The notes under the pieces are model-generated. The model saw only the letters and a program-made list of their open reading frames with translations, did not search any database and was not told where the DNA came from. DNA of 64,000 nucleotides from Ranitomeya imitator (lineage: Eukaryota), in contig NC_091291.1 of the NCBI RefSeq assembly GCF_032444005.1, positions 19,158,001-19,222,000 on the forward strand, in the 5' to 3' direction. The position numbers and the translations under genes were made by a program. The stretch's first letter is position 1. Each line of letters opens with the position of its first letter. Shown one piece after another: positions 25,667 through 38,476 of this stretch.

Positions 25667-28226
25667 TATGTACAGGGGGAGCTGTGAGTCCATCATACTG
25701 AATATAGGGGAAACTGTGGGCCCATCATGCTGTGTGTAAGGGAACTTTTGGACCATCATATAGAACTGTGGGGGACGTTACACTGGGTATAGAGGAGCCG
25801 TGGGCCCATCATATTGTGCATAGAGGAGCTGTGGGGGAATCTCACTGTGTATAGGGAGCTGTACATGGGGGTCTCAGGGGACATTATTACAGCAGGTGCA
25901 GCTGTAGGAACACACATGGCAGCAGTGGCTCCACATTGGAGTATCAGCAGGATTAGGAGTTTGCCTAGGTTGGGAATAGATGGGAACGGTACTGGAAATG
26001 TGTTAAATAAAATATGTCTTTGCTGTAAATTCTGCAGATGAGTCTTGGCTGGAAAAAGTTGTCACTTTAATCTGGGTCAGATTGAAAAGACAAAAAAAGA
26101 GAACCCCATCAGAAAAAACGTCATCTATAACTGTACTGTGATCTCTTACTTGTTCTGCAGGACTGATATCTACCACTATATGGTCACCGTGTGGCCGTGT
26201 TGGTCTTTGTATAGAGATTATTTTCAGTAAAAACACAGTTGCTGAGGTTTCCCTATAATCGCAATTAGGGTGAGCCACCGTAACTGTAAACATACGTAGT
26301 TAACTTAAATGTTTCCTCCCCCCCCCCAAGCTTAACCGTCTCTAGACAATGGAAATGGCATAAGGCCAAGTTTCTCTTTAGAAAATGTCACGTAACTTTC
26401 AATTGTGTAGTATTCACTCTCAAACTGCTTACGGCTTTGTGATAACCGCATGTTGCTGAGGGAGCCAAGTCATTTTTCAAGCTTCGACGTATCAGTGGTA
26501 ATAGTGACAGCTCCTCTACTTTCCTGAAATCCCAAGGAACACCATTACAGGTGAGAGATTCTTCCTTTTTATACTCACTGATGTTTATGGTGGGCAGAGC
26601 AAAGAGGCAAAATTCGGGGGCTCAGAAGCAGGACACCCCTTTGGTTTGTGGTCGTGTATTGGTTGTGATTTGCGATAAGAAAGGGCTGAGACTGATTATA
26701 TAGACACATAGAAGAAGTAACTACGACACCAACCCAACTTTTGTAAGTATAAGTACCATAACTCTACTGAGAAGGTGACTGCTCAAGGTCATCGGTAAAA
26801 ATGGGAAACTCATCTAAGAAACATGAGAAGCAATCGCAAGAGAAGAAGCTTACATCAGGAGTTGGAGAAGGCTTAAAAATATTCTAAAATGTTTTAAGCT
26901 TGCTACTAAGAGTATGATGGCGGCTACTTATATTTGTTAAGGTCAACTATGGTGGATTAGGTGCTCTTAAATATCATGATAATTGTTATAAGGCCACCTG
27001 ACTGACGTATAAAGATCAGCCACACCTTCAGTGGATAATAGAAGGCTCATTTAATGCTTATTGATGGTCCACCTAGAAGTAGAAGGTAGGTGATTGTAAG
27101 AAGCTGAATGTGGAGCTCCATGAGAAAAGGTGGCAAAGATACGTGATGCAGATCCATCTCCATATAAGATGTTACCCCAAAACTCTACAGTAGAGGAGAG
27201 CGAGGGTGATGAAACTTAATTTTGCTCCCCCTACCATGCGCCTGCAGAACAATCGTAAGCACAATTTGGGGAACCAGTTTTCTACTTCTCTCGACTAGTC
27301 ATCCGCCCTCTCTACTGAACCTATAACTTCAACTTTCATAGTACTTTCTCCGACAGAGAACAGTGGAATTGAAAGGTGGACCATGAATTCACTCCTGGGT
27401 CTGACATTAAAGTATAGCATTCCGAAGACCATGGAAAAAAAAGCAGGTTTGTGAATCCCAGGGAGCATGTGGAAAAGGTGATCTGTATTCCCAAATGGTT
27501 GGGTCAGATAACTAGAAGAAAAGCATAATATCTTGGTATTTGGAGGAAAAGTTTAGGAAAGCTGTTAGACCAAGAAGGAGGTCCAATTTTGGGGAGGTAG
27601 AGAAGCTTAAAGGGAACCTGTGTAGCAATTACCTGCCCTATCTGCCAAGGCAGTTAGACATAAAAGGTGGACGGGGTATATGGATAGAGGGCAGGAGAGC
27701 TGCAAGTGCAATGTCCCACCTCAAAGCACTTGAAGCTTGTTTGCATGCGATTTAAAAGTTGGATTTCCCAGAAACTACAAAACGGATTTCTACAATTAAG
27801 GTATGGATTAAATCAGTATGAAAGCAGTTGTATATGTGCCATTGGTTTGAGTTGTAAAATCGGCATATGAATTTTTCTTCAAGCAAAAGCCCAAGTAAAC
27901 ATTAGGGAGATAAAGCAAGAAGGGCAAGGTGCTACTGCCACCAGTAAAAGAAGCAGTCAGCTGATCCAACCTACATGCCACTAAGAGAGGTGGCTCTCTC
28001 TGGAGAAATGCATGAACGAGCATACTGTATGTACACACAAAGGGACTGATGTACACACCAAGGGACCAACGTAAGACAGCCAACTATAAGTACTGTCGTT
28101 GTCGACTTGCCTTACCTCCAGCATTGTCAACAAAAGTGTATTTAAAAGGAACATTGACTCCAGAAAACTCAGAAAGGAACTTATGATGATGTAACGCTTC
28201 ATTAAAAGTGCTGTGCTGGAGAAGTA

Positions 28227-29640
28227 CAGTTAGATCCAGAAATATTTGGATTGTGAAACAAGTTTTGGCATTTTAGCTGTTGATAAAACATATTCAGGAT
28301 ACAGTTATATTATCAATGTGGGCTTAAAGTACAGCCTCGCAGCTTTACTTTGAGGGTATTCACATCCTAATAGGAGTAATAGTTCAGGAATTACAGCTCT
28401 GTAATATGTAGCTCCCTCTTTCAAGGGACCAAAAATAATTATCTCAAAAGCTCATTTATGGGCAGAATTGACTTTTCCCTTTTTAATCCATCATTAATTA
28501 AGCAGGTAAAAGGTCCGGAGCTGATTCCAGGTGTGGCACTTTGCATTTGGAAGCTGTTGCTGTGAACCCACAACATGAGGCCGCAGAAGCTCTCAATGGA
28601 AGAGAAACAGACCATGATTTAGCTGAAAAAAAGAAGAAATCCTTTAGAGAGATAGCAGAAATGTTAGGATTGGCCAAATCAACAATTTGGCACATTATTC
28701 AAAAAAAAAGAGCAAACTGGGGAGCTTACGTAATCAAAATAATCAAATAACTGGAAGTTATGGACAACAGTGGTAGATAATCGCAGAATCCTTTCCATGA
28801 TGAACAAAAACCCCTTCACAACATTCAGCTAAGAATAGAACACTCTCCGGGAAATAGGTGTTTCATTATCTAAGTATCTACCAGATAGAGAAGATTTCAT
28901 GACAGCAAATACAGAGGGCTCACCACAAGGTGCAAACCATTAGTCAGCCTTAAAAAATACAAAGGCCATATTTGACTTTGCCAAAAAAAAACATCTAAAG
29001 AAGCCGCCCAATTCTGCAAAAGCAAACCTAAGATCATTCTGTACCACAATGATTGGAAGAAGGAAGTACGGAGAAGGCTTAGAATGGCTCATGATCCAAA
29101 GCACACCCCATCCTCTATAAAGCATGGAGAAGGCATTATGACGGCATGGGCATGCATGGATTTGAATGGATTTCGAGTGTTTATTGATGATGTGACAAAA
29201 GCAGCCAGATGAATTCTGTGTGTACAGGGTGAAACTTTTGGCTCAAATTCAACAAAATGCAGCATTCATTGGATGGCACTTCACAGTAATGAAGGACAAT
29301 GACCCAAAAGTAAAGGCTGAGTCAATCATCAGATCTCTCCCAAATCAAGCTGCATTTCACAGGCTTAGGACAAAACTTAAGCAAAAAAAACCACAAACAA
29401 ACAACTGAAGCCAACTGCAGCAAAGACTAGCAAAACATCACAAAGGCGGAAACCCAGTGTTTGGTGAAGTCCATGGCTCCCAGACTTCAGGCCGTCATTG
29501 CTTGCAAAGGATTCTCTGCAAAGTATTAAAAATGAATACTTTATTTAGGATAAAGGTAATTTGTCCAATTAATTTTAAGCTCCTAAAATGCAGAGGCTTT
29601 GATGAAAAATGGTTCTAAACGTTTCACGGGATATTTCTGT
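28227..29640 (+). mobile_element. Decayed Tc1 (uninterrupted duplicate of 7540-13275)
   Basis: Same left TIR; ORF fragments KKKKSFREIAEMLGLAKSTIWHIIQKK and FTVMKDNDPK. Gives the empty sites for the insertions in copy 1. Confidence 0.8.
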
Positions 29641-31991
29641 TCTGAACTGCATAACCGCCGCGGGAACGGTGGCGGCACAGGAGGTGAGTATAGGCTGTAA
29701 TATTTTATCAGGGCCAAACATTTTGATCAAGAAGGGGTTGTCCTATAGTGGACAAATCTTTTAATTTGCTAACTAGGGTCTGCACATAACAGCTTAAAGG
29801 GACTCTGTCACCTGAATTTGGAGGGAACAATCTTCAGCCATAGGGGCAGGGTTTTCGGGTGTTTGATTCACCCTTTCCTTACCCGCTGGCTGCATGCTGG
29901 CTGCAATATTGGATTGAAGTTCATTCTCTGTCCTCCATAGTACACGCCTGCGCAAGCAAGTCCATCCATGTGTCTAGCTGGAGTCCAATACTGACACTGT
30001 GGAACACTTCCACCTTGCCAGGGCCATGACCAATAGTTGGCCTCCATATCTCTGTAATGTAATCCCCAACCTTGGGACATTACACCAGTAGGAGCTTTAC
30101 TGAATCACTTTCCATAGTTTAATAGATTCAATTAATAGACTGAGATAAGGTCTGGAAGAAGCAGTCCAGATATGTCAACTGCCATCAGATTTGGTTTTTC
30201 GATTTGAAACTGGAAAAATTAAAAAAATTTTTTAATATTATTCATGATTTAACACATATAAGATTATAAAAACTAATCATTTAGGCCACTCTTTGCGTGG
30301 AGTAAAACGTTACAAAAATTGAGCTGCCAGAAATAAATTATGGGGTGAAAATCATGGTCATAATGATCAATGAGAATAGGAAATGACACAAATCCCAAAA
30401 TATCGGCACAAACTAAAGATATAAGAGGCACAAATTACAGAAGAAAAAAGTACAGAAAAGACAAAAAATAATTATTTCCCTTCTATGTGTTTGAATTTCT
30501 CATTAAGGTCAAAAACTAGTCTGTAGTTAGTGAATGACACTTGTTTATGTGCATGGACGACGATCACTGGTGCAGTTTTGGTGAAATTTACCCTTTGTCA
30601 CATACATTGCTCACATTTAGCTCGGAATGGAGTCTTTGTCTTCCACATTCATGAACTAACGTCAGCCCTCCCTCCGTCACCAATGACAGCCCTATTCTTA
30701 GAAGGCTACCTTCACATAAAGTTATTGCCACAGGTACTGTAGTTTCCACAAAAATTTGCTCTGAATGGTGAGGAATTGTGCTGGTAATATCCATAGAGCC
30801 GGTAAAGTTGATCAAAAACTCTAAACTCACCTGCTGCTTCCATGACTCCTTGGTCCGGTCACAAACCGGTTTCTTAACAACTTGATTTTCTGCAATGATG
30901 TCTTGCTTGTCTCGCGTTGGCTTTGGCCAACAGACACCAATGGGAGGGAAGGTGACGGAGCCATGGAGGCACCAGGAGATACTGTATTAGCGTTCTTTTT
31001 ATTTTTTTAGGTACTTTTTTTCCCCACAGAATTAGATCTAGGAGATTTGAAGCAATTTAAGTTCTTTATGGATTTTTCCTTTTCCATTGAAATTAATGGA
31101 GAAAATCAACATCTGTTACAAAAATCGGAATGAAAGATTTGAAAAATTCACAATGCAAATAGTTATCTTTTCCAAACTATTGAGCTCTTTTTAAAAAAAT
31201 GTCCAGTGGAAATACATCCTATAATTCTGAAGATGTTAGAAGACCTGGGAATCAATAAACATGTCATTAAATCATGTTTCAGGAGGCTATACCCAAATGC
31301 ACTTTCAAAGGGTCTTGGGAGAATCATGGTGGGAGCATAATAAAAAAGGAGTGGTAGTATTGAAAAACAAAATTCTTCCCGAGACCTGTATCTTCCCTTG
31401 ATGCCGGTTCTGTACAGCGCATTTCCTTTGTATTGATGAGATTTGATGCTTTTGTTTATCGCTGCAGATTTTCCATCTGCCAAGCCAGGTTGTAAGTTAG
31501 CAGTTTTTCTGAGATTTTGATTTATTTCCATCAAATTATTTTTATTGAGTTTTTCAAGATTATAAAGCCAAACATTACAATATGGAAATTAACTGGTAAA
31601 GGGAAAAAGTAGGAAAGATTTTTTTTTTTGGGGGGGGAACATTTCTGAGAATTTTTTTACTGTGATTATCTTGACTGTGCACTGTCATGAATGGAGAAAA
31701 TGTAACTCTGCATGCTTCCATAGTTCATTCTAAATCTGCCCAAGCCACTGATGTGTTGTGTGTTGTCATAGAGTCGGCAGTCAATGAGCAAGAGAACATT
31801 TACAGTTACTTTGCCTTTGCAGTGAGAGATGGAAACCCTTTTTATACAGGGGTGGGAAGAATGGGAAATCCTTACTGGTGCTGACACTGCAGATGGGACT
31901 AGAATATGTGACAATACCAGTACAGACTTTAGTGAGTAAAGATCCAGCTTTCACCAATCCTTTTTATTCTTCTTCAGATTAATAACTGATA

Positions 31992-33170
31992 ATGGATTCT
32001 TCTATCAACGTCATGAGTGACGAAGAAGTCCAAAACATTCGGTCCGCTTTAGAAGAAGGAGACCTCTGTACAGCAACTGAAAGACTTGGCAATTCGCTCA
32101 GGGAAATAGAAAATGCTCCGTTGAACATTGCTATCATGGGAGAGTCAGGAACAGGAAAGTCCACTTTTGTCAATGTCATCCGTGAGATGGACGATGAAGA
32201 AGAAGGGTCGGCCAAAACTGGTGTTGTGGAGACAACAATGAAGCCAACTCCATACAACCATCCACAGTATCCTGATGTAATTTTTTGGGATCTTCCAGGA
32301 ATAGGAACTCCTGATTTTGCGGCTGATATTTATCTTCAGTCTGTTGAATTTAGTTGTTATGACTTTTTCATCATTTTATCATCAGAACGTTTTAAGAAAA
32401 ATGACATTGACCTAGCGAAGGCGATTCAAGCTATGCACAAGAAATTCTACTTTGTGAGATCCAAAGTTGACTCTGACGTGCATGCTTCTATGATCCGAAG
32501 GAAAAAGTCGTTCAATGAAGAGAATGTGCTCAATGAAATTAGAAGTAACTGCATTCAAAGTCTTAAAGATGGAGGAATCACAGAGCCCAAAGTGTTTCTC
32601 CTCTCACTACTGGAGCTGGAAAAGTACGACTTTCAGAAAATGCAGGAAACACTTGAAAAAGAGCTTCCAGAACACAAAAGACACATATTCCTGATGTGTA
32701 TACCCAACATTTCTCTACCAGTCCTTGAGAAGAAGCGTCAGGCTCTCAGGAAGGACGTATGGAAGTGGGCCTTATGTTCTTATGCAGCGCCTGTATTCTC
32801 AGTCCTGTCTGTACCTTCTGGTGCACAAATCCTGATGACAGTAATGATAGGCTACCAGAAAGCTTTTGGCTTGGATGAAAACTCTCTGAAAAAGTTGGCA
32901 GATAAGTTTAGTAAAGACGTTAGTGAATTAAGATCTGTGATTAAGTCCCCTATAGTCATAGAAGAGATAAATGAAGAGATTGTCAACACTTTACTAGAGA
33001 CATATGCCAGTGATAATGCTATAGATCAGTATCTTCGCATATTGCTATGTAATCTAGAATCAGTGGCCATCCCCTTTGGTACCGCTTACCAGACGCTCTG
33101 CGACTTCCTTAATAAGATTGCAGAGGATGCTGAGCGTGTTCTTATGAAGGCATTAGAGTCGCCCCTCTAG
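31992..33170 (+). CDS. irgc: Immunity-related GTPase (IRGC-like), 392 aa; 'IRG2', tandem paralog of IRG1 with divergent C-terminal half
   Basis: Same GESGTGKS / WDLPG / RSKVD motifs. N-terminal 250 aa visibly highly similar to 16273-17469. Acceptor tcttcttcag (AG 31976-31977) sits at the same spacing before the ATG. Confidence 0.95.
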   Translation: MDSSINVMSDEEVQNIRSALEEGDLCTATERLGNSLREIENAPLNIAIMGESGTGKSTFVNVIREMDDEEEGSAKTGVVETTMKPTPYNHPQYPDVIFWDLPGIGTPDFAADIYLQSVEFSCYDFFIILSSERFKKNDIDLAKAIQAMHKKFYFVRSKVDSDVHASMIRRKKSFNEENVLNEIRSNCIQSLKDGGITEPKVFLLSLLELEKYDFQKMQETLEKELPEHKRHIFLMCIPNISLPVLEKKRQALRKDVWKWALCSYAAPVFSVLSVPSGAQILMTVMIGYQKAFGLDENSLKKLADKFSKDVSELRSVIKSPIVIEEINEEIVNTLLETYASDNAIDQYLRILLCNLESVAIPFGTAYQTLCDFLNKIAEDAERVLMKALESPL

Positions 33171-34341
33171 GCATTTTTCTCCAACACAACAAATCATAGA
33201 AAAAGCTCCCAGATATGGCATATAATGAAAAACTAAAATTAAGGAATTAAGAACTGATTCAACAATTCATATAATTGAGCCAATAAAGTTTGTACAATAT
33301 CTACGTGTTTGCAATGTGCATTTGATTTTATTTTTGCGCACAAAAACATCCACCGCGCACAAAACAACACGGGCCCTGAACATGAACCAAGGAGGACCCC
33401 AAGAGAAAACCGGCAGTGTGAGTAAGGACTGTCATAGATATGGAGCCTCAAGACCAGGCTGTAGTATGACATAGGGGGATGAACTGAAAGGGATGTGGAA
33501 AGAAAAAATGAAGGAAATAACTAGACTTATTCCAACATGTCACTCAGTCCATTTAAGAATAAACTGTGTAATCTGTAAATCCGCAAAGTCTCTTTAGAAT
33601 TAGGAACATTTTTTATTGAGAGAACAACTGGGACCTGCTCTAGGGGGTGTGATGAACCCGCACCTCACCAACCCACCTGATGTCACTATTACATCAGAGG
33701 GATCATGCAGTAGGGTCTCCCCACTTTCACCAGTGTGATTTTCCACACCTGTAAGGTCAGCTTCACACAGTTTTACTGAGACACCCCCTGTCCACATGGA
33801 TCATTGAGCACAGAGAATGAGGGGATGTGTCCTACGCAGCCGATGACGTGCAATCACACTTGCTAACAACCCTGACAGGCTGAGAGGCCCTTTCATTAGC
33901 ACCAGTGAAATAGAGCCTTGCCAGCCCGATAGGACTGCCACCAGTTCCTCATTAGATATAAGTCCAGTCTGTCAATTTGATTTTATTGGGCCAGAAAGCA
34001 GCCCGATAGCATGGGAAGTTAAAACCGAGAATACGGATGTGTGCATTCATGAATCGAGATAAAAGAGCAGCCCAATGTTAAATTATATATTTAATTGCCT
34101 TAAGGGCACACTAGATAAAACTCTACATACACAATGGTTAATGATCCATTTTTGTTTTCATTATTATTTACATTAAAACAGCCTACCTATTCAAGTTGGA
34201 AATTCTTCTTAAAGGCCACCTGGATCAATTATCTCGGGTTTCTTTTTTATGTAAACATATGTCTAAGTTTTTTTGAATAATTAAAATATTCTTCGGTGGA
34301 GGTGCAGCTTTTCCTTATGCATCTGAACTGGCTGGGAAGTA

Positions 34342-35947
34342 CAGTGGGGCAAAAAAGTATTTAGTCAGTCAGCAATAGTGCAAGTTCCACCACTTAAAAA
34401 GATGAGAGGCGTCTGTAATTTACATCATAGTTAGACCTCAACTATGGGAGACAAACTGAGAAAAAAAAATCCAGAAAATCACATTGTCTGTTTTTTTAAC
34501 ATTTCATTTGCATATTATGGTGGAAAATAAGTATTTGGTCAGAAACAAAATTTCATCTCAATACTTTGTAATATATCCTTTGTTGGCAATGACAGAGGTC
34601 AAACGTTTTCTGTAAGTCTTCACAAGGTTGCCACACACTGTTGTTGGTATGTTGGCCCATTCCTCCATGCAGATCTCCTCTAGAGCAGTGATGTTTTTGG
34701 CTTTTTGCTTGGCAACACGGACTTTCAACTCCCTCCAAAGGTTTTCTATAGGGTTGAGATCTGGAGACTGACTAGGCCACTCCAGGACCTTGAAATGCTT
34801 CTTACGAAGCCACTCCTTCGTTGCCCTGGCGGTGTGCTTTGGATCATTGTCATGTTGAAAGACCCAGCCATGTTTCATCTTCAATGCCCTTGCTGATGGA
34901 AGGAGGTTTGCACTCAAAATCTCACGATACATGGCCCCATTCATTCTTTCATGTACCCGGATCAGTCGTCCTGGCCCCTTTGCAGAGAAACAGCCCCAAA
35001 GCATGATGTTTCCACCACCATGCTTTACAGTAGGTATGGTGTTTGATGGATGCAACTCAGTATTCTTTTTCCTCCAAACACGACAAGTTGTGTTTCTACC
35101 AAACAGTTCCAGTTTGGTTTCATCAGACCATAGGACATTCTCCCAAAACTCCTCTGGATCATCCAAATGCTCTCTAGCAAACTTCAGACGGGCCCGGACA
35201 TGTACTGGCTTAAGCATTGGGACACGTCTGGCACTGCAGGATCTGAGTCCATGGTGGCGTAGTGTGTTACTTATGGTAGGCCTTGTTACATTGGTCCCAG
35301 CTCTCTGCAGTTCATTCACTAGGTCCCCCCGCGTGGTTCTGGGATTTTTGCTCACCGTTCTTGTGATCATTCTGACCCCACGGGGTGGGATTTTGCGTGG
35401 AGCCCCAGATCGAGGGAGATTATCAGTGGTCTTGTATGTCTTCCATTTTCTAATTATTGCTCCCACTGTTGATTTCTTCATTCCAAGCTGGTTGGCTATT
35501 GCAGATTCAGTCTTCCCAGCCTGGTGCAGGGCTACAATTTTGTTTCTGGTGTCCTTTGACAGCTCTTTGGTCTTCACCATAGTGGAGTTTGGAGTCAGAC
35601 TGTTTGAGGGTGTGCACAGGTGTCTTTTTATACTGATAACAAGTTTAAACAGGTGCCATTACTACAGGTAATGAGTGGAGGAAAGAGAAGACTCTTAAAG
35701 AAGAAGTTACAGGTCTGTGAGAGCCAGAAATCTTGATTGTTTGTTTCTGACCAAATACTTATTTTCCACCATAATATGCAAAAAAAATGATAAAAAAACA
35801 GACAATGTGATTTTCTGGATTTTTTTTTCTCAGTTTGTCTCCCATAGTTGAGGTCTACCTATGATGTAAATTACAGACGCCTCTCATCTTTTTAAGTGGT
35901 GGAACTTGCACTATTGCTGACTGACTAAATACTTTTTTGCCCCACTG
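34342..35947 (-). mobile_element. Full-length Tc1/mariner element (IR/DR type) with intact transposase
   Basis: About 200-bp TIRs starting CAGTGGGGCAAAAAAGTATTTAGTCAGTC; TA duplications at 34340-34341 and 35948-35949; intact ORF at 34558-35580. Confidence 0.95.
34558..35580 (-). CDS. Tc1 DD34E transposase, 340 aa, apparently intact
   Basis: Paired-like HTH N-terminus, GAPRK linker, [20 protein letters not shown] and [15 protein letters not shown] motifs; no stops. Confidence 0.93.
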   Translation of the reverse strand: MVKTKELSKDTRNKIVALHQAGKTESAIANQLGMKKSTVGAIIRKWKTYKTTDNLPRSGAPRKIPPRGVRMITRTVSKNPRTTRGDLVNELQRAGTNVTRPTISNTLRHHGLRSCSARRVPMLKPVHVRARLKFAREHLDDPEEFWENVLWSDETKLELFGRNTTCRVWRKKNTELHPSNTIPTVKHGGGNIMLWGCFSAKGPGRLIRVHERMNGAMYREILSANLLPSARALKMKHGWVFQHDNDPKHTARATKEWLRKKHFKVLEWPSQSPDLNPIENLWRELKVRVAKQKAKNITALEEICMEEWANIPTTVCGNLVKTYRKRLTSVIANKGYITKY

Positions 35948-38229
35948 TATATTCTATTTCAATTTGTGGAAAAGTGCACTGTAATAGTCTATGTGCTATT
36001 GCCATCTACGAGTTTGAAATGTGTTCTGCTCCAAATCTATTGATCTGAAAGACATACCGTAATTCAAGATCCAAGAAGACCATATTGTCTTTGGCAATGT
36101 GAGCTGTAAATGATAAATCCCATGTGTTCTTCTAGAGTTGTTCTACAAAAGAGGTTGCCACATATTCTGTGCCAGACTCAATGATAAATAAGTCGTCGAT
36201 ATATCAAGGGTTATATTTAATATGCCTGACATGGGAACTAGACAAGACTGACGACGGGGACTCGAAACTCTCCATAAACGAATTTGCGGAACCTGGGATG
36301 ACTCGAGTACCCATTGTCGTGCCAAGTCACTGCAGGTAAAGCGCATCCCTAAAATAGAATAGGTTATGCTCCAGGACGAATTTTGACCCGCTCAGGAGTG
36401 GCCACTGTTCAGATTGGATAGTCAGATTGGTGGAGACTCAACATGCGGCATCTCATGGGGGAATAACTCGGTCCATACTCCGACCACTGGAGATGGAGCT
36501 ATAGAAACAGCCGAGACTGACTGGCACCAAAGGTAGGGGGCATGGTCAGATGATCGAGAAGTCATTGCATCTACCCACTTCAGTACCATTATTGCCCTTT
36601 ACCTGCACTTTACACTTTTAATAGTTGGCAGGATGGATGATAATAAACAGCAGCGCTTGAAAATTCCAGTAGGAGCTTCACTGAATAACATTACAAAGTT
36701 TAATAGATCCAATTTGCTGATGAAAGACCAGCGAGAAAAATGTCCAGGAGTCTCCCAAAAAGCGAGAACACCGCCTAGAATCCTGAAGGTGTTGGAAAAC
36801 ACCGGGGACCCTGAAATCCTCCTAAACTTTAAGAAATGCAGGTTCCAGGAGGCCTTGGCCATACCCACATGCAGTATCAAGAGGTGCGGGAAAGTAATGT
36901 TGGGGACATGATCAAAAAAGGCATAAATAGAAAAAAAAAATTCTGTCCGAGTTTTCTATCCTCCTTTGCTGTCGATTCTGCACAACATATTTCTCGTGTG
37001 TAAATGAGATGTGTTCAAATCACATTCATTTTGGTGCTACTGAAAATCTCTACCGGTTTACTACCGCAAAGCAGGGCATAAAATCCGCAGCTTTTTTTCT
37101 TTTTATATTTTTAAAAATTGGGTTTAAAGAAAATTTATGAAGCGTTTGGCTCTTAAAGGCTTTGTGTTTCTGTGAACATTCAACTTTAATGCGGTCTTAA
37201 ATTAAGAGATGCTCGGAAAAAAAGTTAAAATGAAAGAATAACAAATGCTATCATCATTGAATCTGAATGATCTGATTGATGGACTCTCTGAACTCCCTCT
37301 GCAGCAAGCACTAGACAGTGCAATACCCAGACTATAGAATGTAAATGGTGTAACATTTTAAATGAAACCCAACTGCAAAAATTATTGTTAGCTCCAAATA
37401 CATTTTGCTGGTGATTTCTGCAGAGTCTGAACAAAGGATCAAAGACTCTAAACTCACTTGTGGGTGTTTCCATGACTTCATTGCCCGGTTCCTTACAGGT
37501 TTCTGTACAACCCGCCATGAAAGACAAAGATCTTTATATTTATTTTGCTAAGGTTTTTTTTCAGGGCTCACACATTTTGCTTTCGATCTAATGGAAATTC
37601 GAAGCAATTGAAGTTAGTTGTGGATTTCTTTTCTATTCAATAGAGAAACTCATCAACAAACCTGCAACTGATCTGCTACAAGAATCGACTTGTTAAGGTT
37701 TGAAAAATCCACACCATAGATCAAATATCGCCATACTTATCAATTCTTTCAGACTGATTGGAATAATGGGAGACATTCCAAACTCCTGGAGGAGTTGGAA
37801 AACTCTCTTGAGAATGACAAATTTTCCCGGAAAGGAAGTTTCAGGAGGCTTTGATTTTTGTCCAAATGCACTTTCAAGAGGTGTTGATAAGAAATGTAGG
37901 GCTCAACTAAAGTTGCACATAAATATCACAAGGGCCTATTAATCAAAAAAGGCGAGGGGGATGCAACAGGTATTACGAGTTTTGCAGGGTTCTCTGCAAA
38001 AGGATTATTGTTGGGTTTGCAAATCTTTTAGCTCAGTTATATTGAAAACATTTCCTGCTCGAGATCCTCATTCTTCCGGCTGCCAATTCTTTAAAGTTAT
38101 CAGGCACAAAACATTTCCGCTACTGTAAATCACTGCAGAATTTCCACAAAGAAAAGACAGAGAAAATCTGCAGCAGCTTTAGGACAAGGAGGGGCGAAGC
38201 AGAGCAAGATCCTGGATGCAGTTTAGTTG

Positions 38230-38476
38230 GGTGGAAGTGGAAAGAGAAACCTCAGACGTGGTCTCCAAGTTATGATGTTTACACATTTTTCATCCTTTTT
38301 GATCCGGCCTAGATTTGTAGTCTGTCCTGCAATCAGCAGTTTCAGTGCTACAGCACATCCTCTCCCGCCCAGTGACGTCTCCTCTTTCAGTTTCTACAAT
38401 TCACATTATGTACAAGCACCTCCCTATGACGTCACATCTATAGCTTGATAAGTAGGAAGAAAGAGCAGAGAGCAAG
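38230..38476 (+). promoter_or_regulatory. Candidate interferon-responsive promoter and non-coding exon 1 of IRG3
   Basis: ISRE-like GGAAAGAGAAACC 38239-38251 and TTTCAGTTTC 38385-38394; GC box 38362-38370; TGACGTCT 38373-38380; perfect CRE TGACGTCA 38427-38434; donor CAAG|GTATGT at 38477 that could pair with the acceptor at 42314. Confidence 0.55.

Larger units (their letters stand above)
20450..33320 (+). repeat. Tandem segmental duplication, copy 2
   Basis: Collinear with copy 1. Shorter because it lacks the 8051-8809, 8911-12325, 15225-16184 and 17494-19098 insertions. Confidence 0.9.

Noticed and set aside
36150-36950. Possible decayed LINE-1 endonuclease on the minus strand (ILGG..., SDHAP near 36535-36550)
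   Set aside because: Only two short motifs in broken frames; not enough to call without an HMM search against L1 ORF2.
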